From: Octopus vulgaris
Taxonomy: Eukaryota
Length of the DNA stretch: 64,000 bases
NCBI GenBank assembly: GCA_951406725.2
Contig: OX597816.1
Span: forward strand, 115,196,001-115,260,000
Reading direction: 5' to 3'
Notes under the pieces: model-generated
What the model was told of the DNA's origin: nothing
The model's database searches: none
Seen by the model: only the letters and a program-made list of their open reading frames with translations
Made by a program: the position numbers and the translations under genes
Shown: one piece after another, positions 54,761 through 64,000 of the stretch
Position numbering within the stretch: position 1 is the first letter of the stretch
How the letters are laid out: every line of letters begins with the position of its first letter

Positions 54761-56173
54761 TATAAAGGAAAATTCATAGTCAAAGTACGAGAGCTCTAAG
54801 TTCTGCATTAATTCAACTAAAATATTCTTTTCTTTCTGGACATTTGATAACACATTCACATCCACTCAGCAGCTGACCTCTACAACTGAGCATGATTTTT
54901 ATTTCTGGTCTCACATAACAATATGAAGTCTGTTACGTTTGCACTAAATTGCTGTTTTTTTTATTTGAGTGTTCCACCTGTATTTCTTGTTTTTAAAGGT
55001 GTGAGTACATATTGGTTCTCTATGTATGTAACTGTGAATTTATTCAGTTGTGTATGTATGTGTGTGAATTTGCAGTCACCAGAACCATCATCCTCAGTAT
55101 CATCATAAACATCGGCAACACCACCACTATAATCACCATCATCATTACCATTGTTATCATCAACATCACCATCATCACTTTTCTCCTTTTAGTGAAACGA
55201 TTTTACTTTCCTTATATTTTCCTAGTATGTTTTTCATCCATTAAAATTAAGTTTTGTCTCCCTCTCTTCACTCACTGTCTCTTTTTATTTCGTACATACA
55301 TCCACATATATGCATATACATATTATATATACACATTTATATAAATGCATATATGTATATACATACAGACACTTATATAAATGTGTTTATATTTTATATA
55401 TATATATGTATATATATAGATTTATGTATATATATATGCATGTGTGTGTATGTATAAATATGTGTGTGGGTATATATGTTCATGTGTGTATATATATATG
55501 CATAGATATGTGTATATATGTTTATATATATATGTTTACATATATATACATATGTGTATGTATGTATATAATTTTTTTTAACCTCCCATCACACCTCCGA
55601 TATCAGTTTCTCCTCCTCTCCACCAAGAATATATTTCACTGTCTATTGAAAAATCTAAAGAATTACATCTGTATTGTCTTGGGAAAATATATGGCATTAT
55701 AATGTGGAACTATGTCCTGCACTAAATTTCAGCGCCAACAAACAAGGAGACACACAGAAGAAGTATTGGCATCTCAATTAAGTAGAATAATAAATTACAG
55801 AGGACTTCGTTAAGTTAATTAAATCTTTCTTTAATTGGCTAATTTCAGAGGAATTGAATGAAATATGTAGCAATTTTATGATGCCCTCACCAAGAATCAA
55901 ACTAAATTGATGTCAAGGGTTTCAGAGAAAGGATAAAGAAGACAGATACTGCTTCTGATACTGGTAGTTTCAAATGGTAGGTAGGGAGTTGGAGGTGGGT
56001 TGAGTGGGGATTGAATAGACAGGTAATCATCATCTGTGCATGTGTGTGTGTGTGCGTGCATATGCGAATGTATGTGAGTGTGCGAATGTGTGCGGCATAT
56101 ATATATATTTATGTGTATGTGTATATGTATCTATATTATATTTATATATATATATATCTATGTGTATATATAT

Positions 56174-56206
<33 letters not shown>

Positions 56207-56518
56207 GGATATGTATATATATATATACACACATATATATATATATATATATGTATGTATATGTATATATATATATACACACACATATATATATTTATAA
56301 AAAATGCATATATGCATGTGTGTCATTTTCATGTGTATATATATATACATATATATGTATGTATGTACATATGTATATAGATTGATAGACACACACATTT
56401 GTATATGTTTGTATGTATATATATCTATGTATGACTATATGCAAAAGTATGAGTAATGTATGTACGAGAATAAGAGTATCTCTTTCTATAAATAAGTGTA
56501 TATGCATCCATGTGTCAG

Positions 56519-56559
<41 letters not shown>

Positions 56560-56568
56560 GTATGTATG

Positions 56569-56604
<36 letters not shown>

Positions 56605-56907
56605 TGTATGTATGTATGTATGTATGTACGTATGTATGTATGTATGTATATATTTGCCATTCCACTCATTTGTTTCTTGGACCCTACAACTTGACTGAGT
56701 ACAGTACAAGTCAGCGACAGCATCACTAGATTAAATTTTCCCCTTGAATTGCCATACCACCTACTAATTACCTATTGTTCCTTTCTAGAAATGACAAAAG
56801 CAATGGAGATTTTTAACTTCTGCAAGAATGTTTCTTCCACCATGTCTTTCTCTCTCTCTCCTCCTCCCCTCCTCCACCTCCTCATCCCATCTGTCCTACT
56901 ACCTTTT

Positions 56908-56992
56908 CTTCTTCTTCTTCTTCTTCTTCTTCTTCTTCTTCTTCTTCTTCTTCTTCTTCTTCTTCTTCTTCTTCTTCTTCTTCTTCTTCTTC
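56908..56992. repeat. (CTT)n microsatellite
   Basis: Directly visible. Confidence 0.9.
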
Positions 56993-57450
56993 TTTGTCTT
57001 GTCCTCATTCATTTCTTTTCATCATTTAAATTTATTACTTTTTCATTATTTTTATATACTTCTTTTCATCAATATATTTTTTTTATATATATTTATTTAC
57101 TATTGTGTTTTCACTTTTTTTTTTTTTTACATTTCTTTTAATTTACTTCATTTAAACTTTCTGATGTTGCTTTATTCTATATTTTATGTGGTTTTGTTTT
57201 TAAAGTTTTAATGTGCAATGATATTTTACTGTTTCATTTATATCTGATTCTTATTCACAGAACTTAAAGAATTATGAAGACAATATAATAGTTAGATGTT
57301 ACATTGGATTCTCAATTATGATGATGGTGATGATGATGCAGATGAGTATGATAATCATGGTGATGATGGTTATGGAGGTGAGCCATGGCATTGATAATAT
57401 TGACTCTCAAAGCACTATCTATCTATCTATCAATACACACACACACATAA

Positions 57451-57481
<31 letters not shown>

Positions 57482-57484
<3 letters not shown>

Positions 57485-57674
57485 TCATCATCATCATCGT
57501 CGTTTAACGTCCGTTCTCCATGCTAGCATGGGTTGGACGGTTCGACCGGGGTTCTGGGAAGCCAGAAGGCTGCACCAGGCTCCAGTCTAAATTTGGCAAT
57601 GTTTCTACAGCTGGATGCCCTTCCTAACGCCAACCACTCCGTGAGTGTAGTGGGTGCTTTTTACGTGCCACCTG

Positions 57675-57678
<4 letters not shown>
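57482..57678 (-). mobile_element. SINE family C
   Basis: Homologous to 24567-24850. Confidence 0.75.
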
Positions 57679-57710
<32 letters not shown>

Positions 57711-57719
57711 TATATATTT

Positions 57720-57922
57720 CAATATGTGACCACGTGTGTATCGTTGGCAATTTTCTTTCTCCATTTTCCCTTCCTTGGACCTTTCCTTTTTCTATGTTTC
57801 TGACGAAGACCTCCACTCGAAATGATAAATCCTCCTTCTTTCTTTCCTTTATTGAGCGTCCAATAACACTGTACTTGTTCCACATCCTCGCATTGTTGTG
57901 TTTTCTCTTTGTTCATGTTTGG

Positions 57923-57925
<3 letters not shown>
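57720..57925 (+). mobile_element. Penelope-like family P1 copy with hammerhead core at 57800-57827
   Basis: tgttt-CTGACGA-agacctccactc-GAAA-tgataaat; TA tracts on both sides. Confidence 0.6.
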
Positions 57926-57964
<39 letters not shown>

Positions 57965-58015
57965 GAATTGCAATATATATATATATACATACATTTATAT
58001 ATATGTGTGTGTATG

Positions 58016-58059
<44 letters not shown>

Positions 58060-58062
<3 letters not shown>

Positions 58063-58879
58063 GGTGTGATGGGTAAATTGTCACCATTTTATATTTTTAA
58101 TTTCACATGTGTGCATTGTTTGCTTTTGATTTTGTCAACTACAAAGTATAGTAGGGTTGGTTAGGTACTGTCTGTAAGAAAAACTGCACCATGACACAAT
58201 TCACTCTGCCAGAAATTTGGAAATGACATGCTGCACTCTTTGGCATTTATGCCGGAAGCTCCAGTACAAACATTTCAGTGCAATCTGAAGACATGTACTG
58301 AGAGGGATAAAAATCAAACATCCAGTCAGCATCATGCTGTTTGGAGAGATCACTAGTGATTCTGACATCATGCCTCTGTTCGTCTTCCCACATGGTCTCA
58401 CACTCAACATGGAGGCCTACATCAAAAGAGTAGAGGAGGGAGTAATGTCCTGGGTCAAGAGGATGGCTGCTAGAAGACTCTATGTCTTGTAGCAGGACAC
58501 TGCACCATCCCACAGAAGCAGGAAACCCAGTCATGACTGTCAGACAGTTTCTACAACCATATCACCCCTAATATCTGGTCACCTAACTCTCCAGACTACA
58601 ACACCCTTGATTATTATGTGTGGAGCACAGTTGAGTGAGAGACCAGTAAAACTCCTTGTAACACCAACGATGAACTGAAAGCAAGGATTATGGCAGCATT
58701 CGCCAACTTAAAGAAGGAGACTGCCTAGAAGTCATCTGAAGGCTGTGGTTGAATAAATTTACTCTTTAGTATTTCAAAATATTTTTATGTAATTTTGGTA
58801 AATATACCTGTTAAAATGAGATGTCAGTGCTATTTTCATTTTTGTGTCATTTAGACGATAGTTTATTCACCACACCCTG
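58060..58879 (+). mobile_element. Deleted DD37D-like Tc1/mariner transposon with TIRs and TA target
   Basis: TA|cagggtgtgatgggtaaattgtc ... tttattcaccacaccctg|TA; internal QDTAPSHRS...IWSPNSPDYNTLDYYVW. Confidence 0.85.
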
Positions 58880-58883
58880 TATG

Positions 58884-58931
<48 letters not shown>

Positions 58932-59449
58932 TGATACCAGTAGCACTCAAGAACGACCTGGTAATCCAGTACAACCTGTTGCATGGTCAGGTTGTCGCAG
59001 CAACTAAAGTGAGAACCCCACTAGGCTTGCTTGGTGAGGAGGGTGTTGTTGGACACCCTGCAGGATGGAAAATACGACCCATCAAAGTGCAGATGAACTC
59101 CTGAACAGCTAACGGCCATCCAACAAAATGTTTGTAAATATGTATATATATATTTTTATATGTATATATATATATATATATATATCATCATCATCGTTTA
59201 GCGTCTGCTTTCCATACATATATATATGTATACTTTTACTTTTATATATATATATTTATATTTATTGCATATCTTTTACTTTTTTATAATTATATATATA
59301 ATTCTTATTTACATTTGCAAATCACATATTGTACCTTTTTTTTTTTTTTTTATATGAATGAATTACTCCGCATCAGTCACCAGAGTGATAATCGATCACT
59401 TTATAGAGTGTCTGAGTGTTGGTTTCGTGTCTGGAATGGGATAGCTTAC

Positions 59450-59493
59450 TTCATAGGCAGGTAGAAGCTCTTCAACCATAGTTGATAATCTAC
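59450..59493 (-). CDS. Internal coding exon (C)RLSTMVEELLPAYE
   Basis: Acceptor atttccttcttctAG and donor GTaagc. 44 nt, phase 1 in and phase 0 out. An alternative acceptor ttttatttcAG lies 17 nt upstream. Confidence 0.7.
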
Positions 59494-59879
59494 CTAGAAG
59501 AAGGAAATCTCTGAAATAAAACCTGAGGCCTTTGATGTTCCTGGTTTTGTCAATTTTCATGTCACACTGGCGAAAATCTTCTTGGGCCAATAGGTGGGGG
59601 TAGTGCAGTGCAAGCTACACCCACTGAAAATTATTCATCTGCACAGGTACTTCCTGTACACCAAATCTTAGTAAAATCATTGAATTGGTTGGTTGGCAGA
59701 AACCTAAAAATGCACTTGTAACTTACTCTAAAATGTCTCAAACAGATTCAGTAAATGGCAAAAAAAGGCATGGGAATGTCAGGGGATCAGGTCTGGCTCA
59801 GCAGGTGTCCTAGTGTATCACAGGCTGGACCTGGTCGTCATCCTGTTACTGTGGTCAAAGAATCTGCAAGAAAAAGTAA

Positions 59880-60260
59880 AAATAAACATCCTTTGAGTTT
59901 CAGTTGTTGAAATGTGTGCACACTTCTTGATAATAATTTCAACAAGAGGCTAGAAAGGTGTACTGCACTTATTGCCTGTGAGCTTCAGAAATATTCCCTT
60001 GACATAGTTGCACTCTCTGAAACTCATCTCTCTGGTGAGGGTCAAGTAAATGAACCTACTTATGGATATACTGTCTTTTGGAAAGGCCTATCTAAGGGTC
60101 AGTGTAGAGAATCTGGTGTTGGTTTGGTCTCAAGAATACATTAGTATCCTCCATTGCAGAGCTTCCGAGTGGTGTATCTGAATGGATCATGTCATGCTGT
60201 ATTAAACTGACAAAAGGTAGGTTTCTTAACGTTGTCAGTATTTATGCACCATCAATGTCT
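59880..60260 (+). mobile_element. RTE (BovB-like) LINE endonuclease fragment
   Basis: NVCTLLDN...ERCTALIACELQKYSLDIVALSETHLSGEGQ..E...GYTVFWKG......ESGVG and VVSIYAPS: APE endonuclease motifs, frameshifted. Confidence 0.85.
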
Positions 60261-60512
60261 CCAATTCTTGATCGCTGCTACATACTTGATTTATATCAAA
60301 TTGGAGGTGGATCAGCAGAACTGTTAGATCCTTATATTCTAAGTTCAAATCTTATTGAAGTTAACAATACTGTTTATCTTTCTGATGGTTGATAAAGTAA
60401 CATACCAATCAAATAATGAGGTTGGCTATAATTCCTCTAAAGCATCTTAGATAAGAAGAGTATTGTAATGGCAAGTAACATCTTCCCTCTCTAGGTTTGT
60501 TGACTTTTTAGC

Positions 60513-60720
60513 TACTTGGTGACCTTAGTACTGTTGATGGCATGATAAAAGCATTTAGTACCCACTGTAAAGTGGTTGGTATTAGGAAGATCATCCAGCC
60601 ATGGAAACCATGCCAAAGCAAGCCTTGGAGTACAATGCAGTTGTTGACTCACTGGATCATTGTCAAGCCGTCCGACACATGCCAGCTTGGAATATGGATG
60701 GTAAACGATGATAATGATGA
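60513..60720 (+). mobile_element. SINE family C with expanded (GAT)n tail to about 60880
   Basis: Homologous to the rc of 24567-24850. Confidence 0.6.
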
Positions 60721-61408
60721 TGACGATGATGATGGTGATGATGATGATGATGATGATGATGATGAGAACGATGATGACCATGATGTCGATGTTAATGATG
60801 ATGGTGATGATGACGATGATGACAATGATGATTTTGATGACGACGATGACGATGATTGATGCAAACGATGATGATGATGAATGGGGAATAGAATTATGAT
60901 GAAAGACTCAGACTGAAGGTGGATGATTAGTAATAACTTCCAAAACAGGAAATCAAACTCAAGTGTGTGAAGGAATGTACATATATACCAGAAAGATGTT
61001 CAAGCTAACGCTCTACTGATTCTTCCAATTCACAACCCTTGATGATGTCTAAGTTAGACTGGAGAAGAAGAAGTAGTGGAATTTAGAACTTGGTAGTTCT
61101 GCAGGGCTTAGACAACAAAGAAATACAAATTATACAGAGAAGAGGACATAAGGTACATTGTTGGAATCTTTTGTTAATTTCTATTTATTTTTTGGTGCTG
61201 AAGCATATATACATATATACACATACATGAATATGTGTGTGTGTATGTGTGTGTGTGTATACATGTATGCACACATATATATGTGTTATATACATAGATA
61301 TGCATGTGAGTGTATACATTCATATATATAAAAAAGTATATATATATATACTTTTTTTATATATGAAATATGCATATATACATACACACACACATATATA
61401 TATATATG

Positions 61409-61460
<52 letters not shown>

Positions 61461-61809
61461 GATGTATATATAGATATATGTATTTGTGTGTATGTATGTA
61501 TACACACAAACACACACACACGTATATACATATATATATATATATACAAGCTGTCTTTAGCTCTTTTGTTTTTTGTTACAATATCCTTTAGCTTTGGCAA
61601 TGTATATTCTTACATAAGCAATTATTTTATTTTTTTAGTAGATTGCAGAGAATGTTTGCAATAATAAACAAAGACTAATGTAGCCACTTAGCTGGCATTT
61701 TTAGAATATTTAGTTTTTTTTTTCTTCTTGTTCTTCTTCTTCTTCCTTTTCACTGGCAATGGTTATTGTGTTTTTGGAAACCTGGAAAATTGACACAAAA
61801 CGCACTCAC

Positions 61810-61850
61810 AGCTGCAGTCTGCACACATCTTGGAATCTTTAGCTTGAAGC
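61810..61850 (-). CDS. Internal coding exon LQAKDSKMCADCS
   Basis: Acceptor ttttgttatcttAG and consensus donor GTgagt. 41 nt, phase 2 in and phase 1 out, joins the next exon in frame. Confidence 0.68.
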
Positions 61851-62366
61851 CTAAGATAACAAAACTGGAAGATTTGGTAAGATTTCAATAACACAAACAA
61901 TTGAGTGCCAAAGAGCAATAATGGTAAGAACAGAAGACAGGAGCAGGCTAATATAAACAACACAATGCTATAATATAGTAATAGCATAAACAAACCAACA
62001 CTGCTTAAATAATAAACATCAGTTGCCATTGATTAAGTGATTGTCCAGTTATTGAAGGTCTTATTACCATTTCTTTTTTACATTTTGAATTAAGAATAGT
62101 TAGTTCTAATTCTGATTTGAAGCCTTAGTTTAAGGGGCCAAAGCAACTCGATTTTGGACAATCATCTAAAATGTTGATTATGGTTCATATCTCATAAATA
62201 TTTTGCTGTACTTGATCCCTGAATAAAGCGATGATTTCTCAGTAGATCACTCAAGCAAATTATAAGTAGATGCTATAGGAAAGTATGTCGTTCAGTTATA
62301 GGGAACATTTTGAAATCACTAAATACTTTCTCAGATTTGAAATTTTGAATAAAAATTTGTCATAGA

Positions 62367-62519
62367 CGTAGGAGTGGCTGTGTGGTAAGTAACTTGCTTA
62401 CAAACCACATGGTTCCGTGTTCAGTGGCACCATGGGCAAGTGTCTTCTACTATAGCCTCGGACCGACCAAAACCTTGTGAGTGGATTTGGTAGATGGAAA
62501 CTGAAAAAAGACCATCGTA

Positions 62520-62574
<55 letters not shown>

Positions 62575-62790
62575 ATATGTTTGTGTGTCTGTGTTTGTCC
62601 CTCCACCATCGCTTGACAACTGATGCTGGTGTGCTTACGTCCCCATAACTTAGTGGTTCAGCAAAAGAGACTTATAGAGTAAGTACTAGGCTTATAAAGT
62701 ATAAGTCCTGGGGTCGATTTGCTCGACTGAAGGTAGTGCTCCAGCATGGCCACAGTCATATGACTGAAACAAGTGAAAGAGTAAAGAGTA
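62367..62790 (+). mobile_element. Full-length SINE family A
   Basis: Near-identical to 5555-5985. Confidence 0.85.
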
Positions 62791-63292
62791 ATAGAAATAA
62801 AACTTAGAGAAGTGTTAGATTTCTTTTGCTTTTCTTGTTTTACTTATTTACTGTTATGACACAGTTTCAGTTGTACCTCCAAATTCTTCTTGTATTTGGG
62901 GACTTAAATATTCTACATTGAAGCTTCTTTCAAATTTAATTTATCATAAAATCTAGCACCAAGAAAATACCCAAGCGTTTTCCTTAATTTCCTTCAAATC
63001 AATTGCCCTCACTTGTTCTAAACAAATGCAAATCAACAAACCAACAAGGAAATCTCTACTTGGTCAGACAATCCTTTAAAAATATCTTTCGTATCACATT
63101 TAATGTCTTTTATATCACACACAAATATCTTTAAAAGGACTCATTAGATAATGTTGTCCTAGATACCTAGATATACAATTATTATGGGATAATCACAGCT
63201 GGAATGCCTTTAATCATAGTTTTGCTCAATTAAAGAAGACCAGGGGCTAAACAACAACTGCAAGAACAGCAATATAAAATAATATATATCAT

Positions 63293-63293
63293 T

Positions 63294-63331
<38 letters not shown>

Positions 63332-63600
63332 TTAATGTCCGTTTTCCACGCTGGCATGGGCTGGATGATTTGAGTGGAGATGGCTGACCAGAGAACTTGC
63401 CAGACTCCAATTGTCTGTTTTGGCATGGTTTCTATGGCTGGATGCCCTTCCTTTACAGAGTGTGCTGGATGCTTTTTTATGTGCTACCAGCACAGGTGCA
63501 TTTACACAGCACCAGCACAAGTGCATTTTACATGGCACCGGCATCTACAAAGGGTACATTTGTATGTATGGGTACAGACGACCATGATTTTACTTAGCTT
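63293..63600 (-). mobile_element. SINE family C, diverged
   Basis: (CAT)n then ctttaatgtccgttttccacgctggcatggg...ggctggatgcccttcc. Confidence 0.7.
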
Positions 63601-63676
63601 GACTGTAAATATATATATATAGGAGCAACACTAATTCCAATAATAGGTTTACTCTATCAAATCCAACTAAGTGCAC

Positions 63677-63710
63677 CTTGTCCATCCAGTTAGATGTTGC
63701 ATCTTCAAAA
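63677..63710 (-). CDS. Possible upstream exon (LKMQHLTGWT(R) if joined directly to 61850; FEDATSNWMDK in the other open frame)
   Basis: Acceptor gattcgtAG and weak donor AG|GTgcac; 34 nt; frame ambiguous. Confidence 0.35.
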
Positions 63711-64000
63711 CTACGAATCGATCAGATGGCAAATGGATACATAAAAATAGCAGTTAAAATAAGTTATATTATCATGTGCATCAGTAGAGAGGTCATTTGC
63801 TATGAGTGAGAATATGTGAATTGAGAATGAAAATAAGTGATAGTAAGGTGAGAATGAATTACATGAAAATAAAGCTGTTTTGTGTAATGGCAGTTACAAG
63901 GGCAATTATTCTTTTTGTTGCCATTAATGTAGAATCTGTGGAGTTGTTGTTATTATTCTTGTAATTTTTATATTTAAATTCACAAATGAATGAATAAATA

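Noticed and set aside
58930-59130. GC-richer block possibly holding an HDV-like ribozyme from a LINE 5' UTR
   Set aside because: I could not build the nested double pseudoknot by eye; an Infernal search would be needed.
60542-60859. ORF with a long poly-Asp tail
   Set aside because: SINE C body plus (GAT)n tail expansion.

Overview
AT-rich eukaryotic genomic DNA full of (TA)n, (CA)n, (TATG)n, (GATA)n, (AAT)n and (CAT)n microsatellites. The repeat content strongly suggests an Octopus (cephalopod) genome; this is an inference from recognisable SINE families. Almost all ORFs in the supplied track are microsatellite artefacts. Reading by eye finds the 3' part of a minus-strand protein-coding gene that the ORF track misses. 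It has five phase-compatible GT-AG exons of 41-114 nt between 61850 and 30728, plus possible further exons at about 62.9 kb and 63.7 kb. They encode a Cys-rich C-terminus I cannot assign to a family, probably followed by a long 3' UTR. The rest is transposon debris: tRNA-derived SINEs of at least three families, R4/Dong-like LINE 3' ends in (AAT)n arrays, RTE fragments, Tc1/mariner and DD37D fossils and MITEs, TTAA MITEs and Helitron-like elements. The most notable hidden signal is a set of about ten hammerhead-ribozyme-like cores (CUGANGA-stem II-GAAA-palindrome), intact or decayed. They sit in several Penelope-like or retrozyme-like non-coding elements, mostly in (TA)n tracts. Some have inverted-repeat architecture, and one family has a permuted motif order. 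Exon coordinates were counted base by base; repeat boundaries are approximate.
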